From: a virus
DNA: 64,000 bases
IMG/VR virus record: IMGVR_UViG_3300042520_001372
Direction: 5' to 3' (one strand)
Position numbers and translations under genes: made by a program
The notes under the pieces: generated by a model
The model's input: the letters and a program-made list of their open reading frames with translations, nothing else
Told to the model about the DNA's origin: nothing
Database searches by the model: none
In this document: positions 26,171 through 34,933 of the stretch, piece after piece
How the letters are laid out: every line of letters starts with the position of its first letter
How positions within the stretch are numbered: position 1 is the first letter of the stretch

Positions 26171-26201
26171 TTAATGTATGTAATAAATAACTAAAGGGCA
26201 A
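26171..26201 (-). promoter_or_regulatory. Promoter TTG-N20-TACATTAA
   Basis: Recurrent motif. Confidence 0.55.
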
Positions 26202-26202
26202 G

Positions 26203-26604
26203 TTATTCTGATTTATGTTTATCGATCTTATCTAGGATCGCTGTCAAAGCTTCATTCTTAATGAAGCCGGCCTGTGCTGCATTCTTTAATGCACTGATTA
26301 CCTGAAATACTATTAATGGGATTAGAATCGTTTCTGATAACCAGGATGTTCCTTTGAATCCAGCTTCAACCATTATTAAGGCCGTCAAGGTTATGATCCA
26401 GGCAGTTAATGTTTTTAAGATTCTAACTGCTTTGTAAGTCTTAAAGCCTTCTCTTTTAGTTCCGGCAATGATACCGAAAAAACCATCCATGAAGATTACT
26501 GCAACAACGGCAAGGTACTGCTCTGAGTTTTCCATTGCTAGGTTAAAAAAGTAGCTGCAAATGAATGCAAATGCTGCTGATGTTGCAAGAATCGTCGTCT
26601 TCAT
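26203..26604 (-). CDS. Putative holin (multi-TM)
   Basis: D.FFGI..G, several TMs, S.LKNA; next to endolysin. Confidence 0.7.
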   Translation of the reverse strand: MKTTILATSAAFAFICSYFFNLAMENSEQYLAVVAVIFMDGFFGIIAGTKREGFKTYKAVRILKTLTAWIITLTALIMVEAGFKGTSWLSETILIPLIVFQVISALKNAAQAGFIKNEALTAILDKIDKHKSE

Positions 26605-26605
26605 A

Positions 26606-26986
26606 TTATCCTATAAAATCATCTAAGTGGTCTGGAATGCCGTCACCGTCAACGTCGCATATTTCAACGTATCCGAATGCTTTCATAAAACTAGCCACTC
26701 TCTCTTTTAGATCATTGTCTGTATCTTCAAACCAATCTTCTTTTAGATTGTCATGATCTAAGATAGCAATCAGTGCGCTATAAATTTTATCAACATTCTC
26801 AACCAGGTAGATGTCGGATGCCATAAAGTCTAAGCTAAAAGCATAATCATCAATCTGTGGAATTTTAGTTAAAGAATCAATTTTACCAATCTTCTTTTCT
26901 TTTAAAGGCATTTCTTTGCCGAACTTATGAACGTATTCGCCCACGTAGATGTAACCCTGTCCTTCTGGTAATGTAAATTCGCTCAT
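26606..26986 (-). CDS. T5orf172/GIY-YIG-like protein with C-terminal DxDGDG Ca-binding motif
   Basis: GYIYVG...KIG...DWF; DVDGDGIPD. Confidence 0.45.
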   Translation of the reverse strand: MSEFTLPEGQGYIYVGEYVHKFGKEMPLKEKKIGKIDSLTKIPQIDDYAFSLDFMASDIYLVENVDKIYSALIAILDHDNLKEDWFEDTDNDLKERVASFMKAFGYVEICDVDGDGIPDHLDDFIG

Positions 26987-26987
26987 C

Positions 26988-27821
26988 TTATTTTAGTAAA
27001 TTGTAATACTCTTTGAAATGTTTAATTCTGTCAGCAAGTCCAATTGTACCACCGTTAACCCTTTTAGTAACTGCAGTAACTGTTGCATCATCTGCTCCTC
27101 TGTCGCAAATGCCCCATAGCTTATTTGTATCAAAGAACCAAGCAGCTGATGCTAAAGGATACTTTGTAGCTACTAAATCTGGATTGGTTGTTGTATCCTC
27201 AGGAACAAACTTGTCGAAAGCCATGTAATTTGCTTTTCCGGTCAATTGAATGTAACCTCTTCCTCTGAATTTAAAACCTTCTCCTGTTGCTTCTACTCCA
27301 TTACCCATTCTACCTCCGTAGACTCTTGAAGCAATCTTTTCTGGCTTACGAGCATAAGCTTCAGCTAAAGCCAAAGTTGGAAAGTATTTTCCAAAGATGC
27401 CCTGTAGTCCTTTTGAGGAGTAGTTTAAATTCTCCTGAACGGCTTTAAACCCACCTGATTCATGGCCGCATTGGGCCAAGAAGTGAGCAAGTCTTAAAGG
27501 AGAGGTGATATTAAATTTTACAGCAGTGTCAGCAATTTGAGCTATTACTGCGTCGGGAATGTGTCCCTTTAGTTTGTCTAATTTAAATGGACCTGATGGG
27601 ATAGAAGCTGCAGCTGGTGCAGGGGCAGTACCTGGAGTTGTCCCGAACATCTTATTCCATGTTCCGTCTCCTACTATACCGTCAGCAGTTAATGCATTAG
27701 CTCTTTGCCATGCCTTGACCGCTTCTTCTGTCTTAGGTCCAAAAGTACCTATTGCTTCAACGCCTAATTTGGCTTGAAGTTTTTTAACGTCTTCGTTATT
27801 ATCACCTCTTTTTAGTAACAT
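26988..27821 (-). CDS. Endolysin: peptidoglycan-binding domain + GH19 (chitinase-like) domain
   Basis: G.FGPKTE.AVK.WQ...DGIVG; AHFLAQ..HESG, FRGRGYIQLTG..NY, TKRVNGG. Confidence 0.93.
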   Translation of the reverse strand: MLLKRGDNNEDVKKLQAKLGVEAIGTFGPKTEEAVKAWQRANALTADGIVGDGTWNKMFGTTPGTAPAPAAASIPSGPFKLDKLKGHIPDAVIAQIADTAVKFNITSPLRLAHFLAQCGHESGGFKAVQENLNYSSKGLQGIFGKYFPTLALAEAYARKPEKIASRVYGGRMGNGVEATGEGFKFRGRGYIQLTGKANYMAFDKFVPEDTTTNPDLVATKYPLASAAWFFDTNKLWGICDRGADDATVTAVTKRVNGGTIGLADRIKHFKEYYNLLK

Positions 27822-27823
27822 GA

Positions 27824-28093
27824 TTACCCTTCTTCTTCTTCTTGTTTTGGACTTTCGATGTCTTTCTTTCTGTTAGTCCATTTGTCAATAGATGCAATAC
27901 CGAATGAACCTAACACCATTACCATAAATCCGTCGAAGATAATTTTGTTAACAACAAATTCTTTACCTGCATAGCCGGTGATAATGTCTACTAAGAATGC
28001 TATACAAAGCATTAAGAATGCGATGAAACCCACAACGCTTTTTTCGTTGATTGAGTTGTTATCGTCAAATAATTGATGGAAAAATTTTTTCAT
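27824..28093 (-). CDS. Two-TM membrane protein, holin/antiholin candidate
   Basis: Two TMs, charged tail, upstream of endolysin, TATTTATA at 28110-28117. Confidence 0.6.
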   Translation of the reverse strand: MKKFFHQLFDDNNSINEKSVVGFIAFLMLCIAFLVDIITGYAGKEFVVNKIIFDGFMVMVLGSFGIASIDKWTNRKKDIESPKQEEEEG

Positions 28094-28117
28094 ATCTTTT
28101 TTCTTTTGTTATAAATA

Positions 28118-28567
28118 TCAGAACTTTTTGGAAGCATCCTTAAGACTGGCTTGTAATGCTTTAGAAAATGCTTTTTTATTCAAAGGAACCTCACCATTTT
28201 CAACATTTAAGAACATTGCAAAGACGAAAGTGCGTCTTTCTCCTATTCCTTCCCAAGTTCCTGTATTAAAGGCTACTGAAGTTTTAACAATATAATCCTT
28301 TCTTAACCATTGAATGCCCATAATATTAAGCATTTGCTGTGGAGAATAAACAGAATCGATATAAACAGTGACTGTAAACCCTGAAGAATCTTTAGGAGAG
28401 TATCCTTTCTGTTCAATAATATATTCCTCAACTGTTTCTTTTACCCCGAAGGTAATGTCTCTTCCTCCAACCTTTTCAATTTTAGTATTGTTAACAACAT
28501 CAACATGGAAGAAGGTTGAATCGGCAGGAGCCAAAGCAAATAAAACGGTAGCAAGTAGGTTTAACAT
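28118..28567 (-). CDS. Secreted alpha/beta protein (CsgG/LptE-like topology suspected)
   Basis: Signal peptide; strand-helix-strands-helix pattern; TATTTATA just upstream. Confidence 0.55.
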   Translation of the reverse strand: MLNLLATVLFALAPADSTFFHVDVVNNTKIEKVGGRDITFGVKETVEEYIIEQKGYSPKDSSGFTVTVYIDSVYSPQQMLNIMGIQWLRKDYIVKTSVAFNTGTWEGIGERRTFVFAMFLNVENGEVPLNKKAFSKALQASLKDASKKF

Positions 28568-28579
28568 CTGTTATAAATA

Positions 28580-29785
28580 TTAGTAAGTTACTGCCCCGGA
28601 GTATCCTGGTGCAATGATATAGAGGTTAAGTGTTCCTCCTGATGTTAAAGTGGAGGTAGTATGGTTAGTTACTCCCGGATAAGTTGCTCTTAGGTTTGTT
28701 GTACCTGCAGCAATAGCATTGTACTGAGCAGTTGTAAAGATTCTCACATCAGGAGCTATTCTCCATTTAGAAAACCTACCAGCCTTCCTTGCAGCAACGT
28801 AGTATTTGTCTGCAACAGAAATTATTCCATCGTCATTTACATCAAACATATGAAATGATAAACCGGTTCTAGCAGTCTTATTTAAAACAGTATTTGAAAC
28901 AGCTTGAATGTCTGCTGTAGTATAGGCCTGTATTCTGGTTGGAGCGTCTACTTGAATTGTAAATTGATCACCGGCTGCTGTAGTTCTTGAAAAAGAATAA
29001 TATCCTGATGAGTTTGTATTTGCGGTAGCATCTAATGAAGTGGAGGATGTTGTAGTACTTGAGGATGTATTTATCTCCCAGCTAGTACCCGAGAAGGAAC
29101 CTGAAGTAACTAATGTGCTTGCTAACCAAGCACTACCTGTTGATATACCCATCACCTCCTGGTTAGAACCATCTGCAGTAAATGTTCTCCAAACCACTAT
29201 CTGCTTTGAAGCTTGATTTTTAATGAAATATAAATCCCAGGTGTAGTTTACTCCTGTCTGATTGTATTTGCAATTACCTTCGTATCTTACTCTAAACACG
29301 TCTCCGTAAGTTGCATCTGTGTAACTTTCAGTTGAAACATAAGAAACGTTGTTGTCTGTAGAGCTATTATCTACCGAACCTATATGAATGGTTGGTTGAT
29401 TAGGACTAGTAGCATTTCCATTATATCCTGAGCTTGAGCTTGTTCCAAAACAAAACCAAGAGTTAGCATTTACGTGACCTGATGAATAAGTAGTACCTGC
29501 ATAAGAAGGACTAAACCCAGAAGGAAAAGTAACAGCAACAGATGTTTCATCTGTATTAGCACTAGAAAAAAGCACTGAGGTTCCTCTTCCTCTATCAGAA
29601 GGAATACCTGATGTTATTTTAGCTAGAGTACCTGATTTAGTAGTAGCACCTGCTGTACTTTTATAAAGTTTTACCGGAACATTATTTGCTCCAGATCCGT
29701 TTGCGTTGTAGAGGTAACCTGAGTAGGTAAATTGACCCATCAGGGAGTTAGTTAAAAAAAATAGTATAGCTATTAACCACCTCAT
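28580..29785 (-). CDS. Secreted protein: Ig/CnaB-like domain with nidogen-like insert + dockerin-like module
   Basis: Signal peptide; TNSSGYYSF; TTADIQ...FDVNDDGIISVAD; FPSGFSPSYAGTTY...VNANSWFCFG. Confidence 0.7.
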   Translation of the reverse strand: MRWLIAILFFLTNSLMGQFTYSGYLYNANGSGANNVPVKLYKSTAGATTKSGTLAKITSGIPSDRGRGTSVLFSSANTDETSVAVTFPSGFSPSYAGTTYSSGHVNANSWFCFGTSSSSGYNGNATSPNQPTIHIGSVDNSSTDNNVSYVSTESYTDATYGDVFRVRYEGNCKYNQTGVNYTWDLYFIKNQASKQIVVWRTFTADGSNQEVMGISTGSAWLASTLVTSGSFSGTSWEINTSSSTTTSSTSLDATANTNSSGYYSFSRTTAAGDQFTIQVDAPTRIQAYTTADIQAVSNTVLNKTARTGLSFHMFDVNDDGIISVADKYYVAARKAGRFSKWRIAPDVRIFTTAQYNAIAAGTTNLRATYPGVTNHTTSTLTSGGTLNLYIIAPGYSGAVTY

Positions 29786-31167
29786 ATTTTCATTTTTGCT
29801 CCCATTAGTATTTGGTAGTTTAGGATATCCTTACCGGCAATATAAGTACCTCCGGCAGTAATTCCAACTCCAAACGTCTTAGTTAGTCTGTAATTAAGGT
29901 TTAGGAATGGAATAACGATCGGTTTAGATTCAAAGAGAGACTCTGTGTAGTACTTGGAATACGGTGAATACACACCGGCCATGATCACTGTAGCATCTAA
30001 ACTCTTAGTTACTTTTCCTTTATACATAAAACCACCAATAACGATAGTTGAAATCATTTCTTCTCCGAACATCTTACCGTAAGAACCAGCTGCACCGTAA
30101 AGTGCTGTAAAGTTTTTAACTGAGTTTACTCTAACAAATAGAGCTGTATTTGTAATTGATTTAGGTAAAATACTTAACCCATCTGAAATTACATTAATGT
30201 GTTTGTTTCCTTTCTTGTTTGCTCCTATCCAAGATCTAACTACTGAGAAGTTTCCAATCTTTGCATTGACCATGTAGTCAGCTGAGAAGCCTATTGAGGC
30301 TGATCCATCTCCTTTTACTTTGGTGAATGAAGCTGTTCCTCTTGCATCCTGTGCTCCATTAGCTTTAGTCTGAACTCCAACAATATCTCCTGTCATTAGG
30401 ATTGCAGGCTTGGCCGTCTCGACCTTGCCTTTACCGGCTGCCTTAGCCGAACTACTGGATTGTGATTTTTGTGTTTCGGTCTTTTGCTCTTCTACTTTCT
30501 CAGCAGAAGGTTCTTCAGTTTTTGGCTCTTCTGTCTTATTGCCTTCCCCACTGCCTGAACCAGACCCCGAACCTGAACCGCTACCGGAACCCGAACCGGA
30601 CGAACCTGACCCCGACGAGCCGTTCCCGCTGCCGCTTCCAGTGCCTGAACCAGGATCACTGCCATTACCGCTAGGAGGAGGAGGATTTCCATCTTCTGAT
30701 TTTTCGTTTGACTGGTTGTTTTCATTTTTTGAATCAACACTTCCCGAACCAGATGAGGTTGTACCGCCAACGTTATTACCTACTCCTGCACCAGCAGAGC
30801 TACCAACGGATGAAAAATCTAAATTCGAAATTGAATTTAGGTTCATAACGTTGTTAACAATGTTTGAAACCGTATTTGTTTGAGTGGTAGTTGTGGTGGT
30901 TGTAACTGCCCCTTGACAAGGTGATGTTGTTTTGTACTGGTTATAAATATTATTCATCCATAAATCAAAAGTACCATCTTGCAGTTCTAGGTAGCTGAAT
31001 GCTTTTACTTGTCCGTAGTATGCAATTACAATCGGAGTAGACATATCAGCATTAATAAATTTGATCTCTTTAGTGCAAGGATCAACGTACGAATACATAA
31101 AGGACTGCCCGTTTAGAGACAGTCCTATCATGAATAAAAAAAATAATATTTTAGTTTTTAAAGACAC
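29782..31167 (-). CDS. Putative outer-membrane beta-barrel protein with Gly/Ser linker
   Basis: Signal peptide, (GS)n linker, C-terminal alternating amphipathic strands ending YQILMGAKMKI. Confidence 0.65.
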   Translation of the reverse strand: MSLKTKILFFLFMIGLSLNGQSFMYSYVDPCTKEIKFINADMSTPIVIAYYGQVKAFSYLELQDGTFDLWMNNIYNQYKTTSPCQGAVTTTTTTTQTNTVSNIVNNVMNLNSISNLDFSSVGSSAGAGVGNNVGGTTSSGSGSVDSKNENNQSNEKSEDGNPPPPSGNGSDPGSGTGSGSGNGSSGSGSSGSGSGSGSGSGSGSGSGEGNKTEEPKTEEPSAEKVEEQKTETQKSQSSSSAKAAGKGKVETAKPAILMTGDIVGVQTKANGAQDARGTASFTKVKGDGSASIGFSADYMVNAKIGNFSVVRSWIGANKKGNKHINVISDGLSILPKSITNTALFVRVNSVKNFTALYGAAGSYGKMFGEEMISTIVIGGFMYKGKVTKSLDATVIMAGVYSPYSKYYTESLFESKPIVIPFLNLNYRLTKTFGVGITAGGTYIAGKDILNYQILMGAKMKI

Positions 31168-31837
31168 CGTTCCTGATTAAGCTTTCGATTACTTTGGTGG
31201 TAGCAGTCTCTAAAGACTTTCTAGTTGCTTTACCCACAGTACTTTGTGAAAACTTCATATCAAGAGATTTCAAGAACGATTCTCCTACTTTTGTTGACTC
31301 TCCTTCTCCAGATCCGATGTAGACCTGTCCCGTTGTAGCATCAACGAACCTAACTTGGAGACGTATGAAAGTAGTAACAACAACTTTGCTTTTACCCTTT
31401 TCAACAGTCTCATCTTCATCAACAGCAAAATCGGCCACAGTAACATAAACAAAGTAACGAGCAGCTTTAATCTTACCCTTTCCATCAATGGGCTCTTCGA
31501 AGACTCCTTTTTTAGAAGCTTTGAATTGGGTAACCATTCTTTCTTTGATTTCAGCTTTCTCTTCGGTGAATATAAATCTTCTTGTTTCATCTAAATAATC
31601 TAGTACTGATTCGGCAAATCCTAACCCAACGTTCTTCTCTTGAAGGTCTGGGTACAAAGCTAAAACTTTAGTCATATCAACGTTAATTACCTGGACAGCA
31701 TATTTCAAGCTATCTGTGTAATTTGATACTGAAGAGATATCTTTAGTTTCAATAACGTCTTGTTCGGTTGTAGTTTTCATTGAACCACATCCAATCATAA
31801 TAACCAATAAAAAAGCAACAAGGATATTTCTTACCAT
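31151..31837 (-). CDS. CsgG/HfaB-like outer-membrane lipoprotein
   Basis: Lipobox-like MIGC; RFIFTEE, GKIKAARYFV.V.V.DF, LQVRFVDATTGQV pattern. Confidence 0.75.
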   Translation of the reverse strand: MVRNILVAFLLVIMIGCGSMKTTTEQDVIETKDISSVSNYTDSLKYAVQVINVDMTKVLALYPDLQEKNVGLGFAESVLDYLDETRRFIFTEEKAEIKERMVTQFKASKKGVFEEPIDGKGKIKAARYFVYVTVADFAVDEDETVEKGKSKVVVTTFIRLQVRFVDATTGQVYIGSGEGESTKVGESFLKSLDMKFSQSTVGKATRKSLETATTKVIESLIRNGVFKN

Positions 31838-32142
31838 GGATCTTCTTCTTTAGGTTCAGGCTTGGTAGCAGGAGCAGCAACAGGTTTTTCAACTACACGC
31901 TCTTTAATGATTGTGTTTGTTCCACCGCTTGACTGCTTCTGTTGATTTGTGTTGTTGTTCTCTAGATTCACGTTAATAACAGGAGCAGGACCTTGTTCTG
32001 TTTTAGCTTCTTCTTTAGGCTCTTCGCCACCGCCTAAGTGGGTTGCAAACCAGGCACCGCCGGCTGTAACTGCTGTAGTGATAGCACCAATAATTGCTTT
32101 TTTGGTTGCTGACATTACGCCTTCTTCTTTTTCTTCTGACAT
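31831..32142 (-). CDS. Single-TM membrane protein with low-complexity tail
   Basis: AIIGAITTAVTAGGAWF; Pro/Glu/Asn-rich C-terminus. Confidence 0.7.
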   Translation of the reverse strand: MSEEKEEGVMSATKKAIIGAITTAVTAGGAWFATHLGGGEEPKEEAKTEQGPAPVINVNLENNNTNQQKQSSGGTNTIIKERVVEKPVAAPATKPEPKEEDPW

Positions 32143-32159
32143 TTTATTTAGTTTTTATT

Positions 32160-32522
32160 TTAATCCTCTGTTGTACTTGATAAAGATACTCCGTCTTCTT
32201 CATCTGTTTTTTGAATTAACATTTTATCTCTATCTTCTGAATTGAACCAATAATCGATTACTTTGTTTAAGTTACCGACAAAGGCACCTAATAAGATCAA
32301 CAACATTTCTTTCCAGTCGTCAGCTATCTGTACTCCAACGAATACTGCTGAGTTAATTCCTACAATGATTAAAGTAAATAACCCTAAGATTACTAATGTA
32401 ATTTTCCATCTATTGTTCTGCATTTCCTGCAGCATGTTGTAGAATCGATTAGTATCGGATACTTTAGCAGCAGGTTCTGTTGTTGAACCCACTGCTTTTT
32501 TTATTGTTTCTTTAATACTCAT
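32160..32522 (-). CDS. Two-TM membrane protein
   Basis: ITLVILGLFTLIIVGI and MLLILLGAFVG; IDYWF. Confidence 0.7.
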   Translation of the reverse strand: MSIKETIKKAVGSTTEPAAKVSDTNRFYNMLQEMQNNRWKITLVILGLFTLIIVGINSAVFVGVQIADDWKEMLLILLGAFVGNLNKVIDYWFNSEDRDKMLIQKTDEEDGVSLSSTTED

Positions 32523-34411
32523 TTGTTTATAATTATTTTTGAAGTTGAAATTTTAGTATCTGTTTTAACTGATAAGAAATACAAACCATCTTCTAACTTA
32601 GTTAAGTTAACAACGTATTTGTAGTCTCCTGCAGGCATTTTGGTGTTTAACACCTCCATTACCTTTCTGCCAATCAGATCGCTAACCATTACTTCGGTTT
32701 GTGATTCTTGTTCTACTCTGAATTGAACATTAATTATTCCATCGTTTGGATTTGGAAATACTAATAAGTCTTTAAGTTCGTCAAGCTTGATTGCTTTCTT
32801 AACTCTCCTTACTTCAATCACTCCCATTGCTGGTGTAATGTTCATATCCCTTGCATCATTACCTCCCACGTATTTAGGTCCAGTCCAGATAGCTGCGGAA
32901 CCCCATTCATCTTGAGGCTTCTTAGCGATGAACTGAATGTTAAATACATTCTCACCGTCATTTACTAATTGATTTCCTTTTAAGTCAGCTGCACCAAATG
33001 CAACTACTCCGTCAGATGGGTTAGTGTATGAAGTCCAGTTCATCATCTTCTCAGTTAAATCGATTTTCTTAAACTCTAATAATGCTGTATCATACTTTAA
33101 TTCTAATTGAATTGCTCCTAATTGTTTTCCGTCGGTAAGCATTCTTACAGGAACGTTAACTAAGTTACCTTCGTCAACTTTAATTTTAGGCATGTTAACT
33201 TCAATAGTTTCAGTTACATTGTCGTACTGAACTGTGTTATCGATAATGTAGTTTTTAGCATTTGCTGAGTTGATAATCTTAATAGGAGTCAAACGAGCCA
33301 TTTTAAATCCTGTGGAGTTTGCATCTCCTTTAACAGCTACATAGTAAGTGATAGAATCTCTTCCATCTACCGAGTATGTGAAGTTATTAACTGTTGAGTA
33401 AGTAGAAGTCAAGTTAGAGCTTGCTCCGTTGATTGCATTATATTCGGCAACTGTAAAGAACATTACATCCTTCTTAGAGTTAGGCCAAGCAGAGAATCTA
33501 CCTGCTAATCTTCCATATACTGAATAAACGTCTGCAATGCTAATTAAACCATCAGTTCCGTTAACGTCCATTGTGTAGTAATCAAATCCTGCAGGAGTGT
33601 ATTGACCTAAGATAGATTGATTGATCTTCTGTGCATCTGCAGTAGAGAATACGTTACCGGGAGTCATTGTATCTCCTTTAACGACAATTCTAACATCCCA
33701 GTAAGTAGTATCTAAGAATTTTCTAAATACTGTAACTCCATTAGAGTTAGTCTTCTGTACTGCAATTTCAGTCCAGGTAGAAGAACTTTTAGCTCTTTTC
33801 TCTAAACTAACTGTTAAGTTTTTAGCATCTGTACCTGTAACGTTCTTAAACTTAGTAGCAAATCTTAATACCTTCTGATTGAAACGACCACCGTAAGAGT
33901 AAACTACCAAGGTAGTATCATTACCCCAGTTAGTAGCAGCTCTGTTAGAGAATGACTTAACACCTGATACTTTTAAAGTCTTAATAGAATCTAAAGTGTT
34001 CCATGTAGACTCACCAGCATGGGTAAAAGTTAAATCAAAGGTTGCTCCATTAGAGTAGTTAAAAGTTGAGTTAGTACCTGTGTAAGCTAAAGTAACTGTT
34101 AAGAACCCTTGAGTATTACTATCAACATACTGTAAGTATTGATCGGTAGCAGAGATCTTTAAGGTAGGTACAACTGCAGTAAATGCAGTATTATCGTAGA
34201 ATACACGAAACTGCACACCTGTAATTTTCTCAGAAGTAGAAGTGTTGTAGAAATGCAAAGGGGCAACAGTCTGTCCGACAGTAGTGGTTGCTACTTGATA
34301 ACCAGAATCAATTACCACCCAGTGCCCTGTTCCAGGTGATGTTGAAGATGATTGTGCCGATACTCCGAAAACGGCCAATGCCGTCAGAAGGAATGCGATG
34401 AGTTTTTTCAT
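32519..34411 (-). CDS. T9SS-secreted scaffold: cohesin-like + CnaB/dockerin-like + cohesin-like + type A CTD
   Basis: Signal peptide; ITGVQFRVFYDNT; MDVNGTDGLISIADV; VNVPVRM...LGAIQLELKYDT; VFPNP...D.IGRKV...GLYFL...KII. Confidence 0.82.
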   Translation of the reverse strand: MKKLIAFLLTALAVFGVSAQSSSTSPGTGHWVVIDSGYQVATTTVGQTVAPLHFYNTSTSEKITGVQFRVFYDNTAFTAVVPTLKISATDQYLQYVDSNTQGFLTVTLAYTGTNSTFNYSNGATFDLTFTHAGESTWNTLDSIKTLKVSGVKSFSNRAATNWGNDTTLVVYSYGGRFNQKVLRFATKFKNVTGTDAKNLTVSLEKRAKSSSTWTEIAVQKTNSNGVTVFRKFLDTTYWDVRIVVKGDTMTPGNVFSTADAQKINQSILGQYTPAGFDYYTMDVNGTDGLISIADVYSVYGRLAGRFSAWPNSKKDVMFFTVAEYNAINGASSNLTSTYSTVNNFTYSVDGRDSITYYVAVKGDANSTGFKMARLTPIKIINSANAKNYIIDNTVQYDNVTETIEVNMPKIKVDEGNLVNVPVRMLTDGKQLGAIQLELKYDTALLEFKKIDLTEKMMNWTSYTNPSDGVVAFGAADLKGNQLVNDGENVFNIQFIAKKPQDEWGSAAIWTGPKYVGGNDARDMNITPAMGVIEVRRVKKAIKLDELKDLLVFPNPNDGIINVQFRVEQESQTEVMVSDLIGRKVMEVLNTKMPAGDYKYVVNLTKLEDGLYFLSVKTDTKISTSKIIINK

Positions 34412-34872
34412 TTTTGTATATTAATTAGTTGTTTTATTGCATGTTGTTTTAACCAAGGTTCAGGATTAGTAAGCTTATCAATGAAGGTAAGCTCATACCT
34501 GTAACACCATGCCTCCTCTTGTTCAGGAGTAATGATGTACCCTTTTTGTAAAACATGCAAATGTAAACTCTCATGAACCAACACTACAGCGAGGTTGTTA
34601 ATTGAATTTAACTTTACATCTTTAACAGCAACTAGGATTGTTCCTTTGTTTCCATAACTTCCATCATTAGATGAAAACCCTGAAGACCAGAACTCAACTC
34701 TATTACAAACACTATCAATCAGCTGATATTTTTCAATATCGGTCTTTTGAATTAATGTTAACGCTGAATCTATTTTCTTATCCCATCCGTCACCGGCTTT
34801 ATCTATCCTAATCTGGCTAGAAGAAAAACTGGTTATCAAAGAAGTTAAGGCAAACAGAAGCAGTGCTTTCAT
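34408..34872 (-). CDS. Secreted zinc metallopeptidase-like protein
   Basis: Signal peptide; LVHESLH followed by EE..CY..E. Confidence 0.7.
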   Translation of the reverse strand: MKALLLFALTSLITSFSSSQIRIDKAGDGWDKKIDSALTLIQKTDIEKYQLIDSVCNRVEFWSSGFSSNDGSYGNKGTILVAVKDVKLNSINNLAVVLVHESLHLHVLQKGYIITPEQEEAWCYRYELTFIDKLTNPEPWLKQHAIKQLINIQK

Positions 34873-34876
34873 TTCA

Positions 34877-34884
34877 TATAAATA
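34877..34884 (-). promoter_or_regulatory. Late-type promoter motif TATTTATA heading the envelope operon
   Basis: Same octamer precedes structural genes. Confidence 0.65.
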
Positions 34885-34885
34885 G

Positions 34886-34912
34886 AAAAAGGTCTGCGTT
34901 AACAGACCCTTT
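34886..34912 (-). terminator. Intrinsic terminator after RNR
   Basis: Minus: GGTCTG-ttaacg-CAGACC-TTTTT. Confidence 0.75.
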
Positions 34913-34933
34913 CTTAAATTTTTTTGATTAAGA

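Noticed and set aside
30410-30883. Plus-strand Pro/Glu-rich 157-aa ORF
   Set aside because: Antisense shadow of the Gly/Ser linker in 29782-31167; the other plus-strand ORFs likewise lie opposite strong minus-strand genes.
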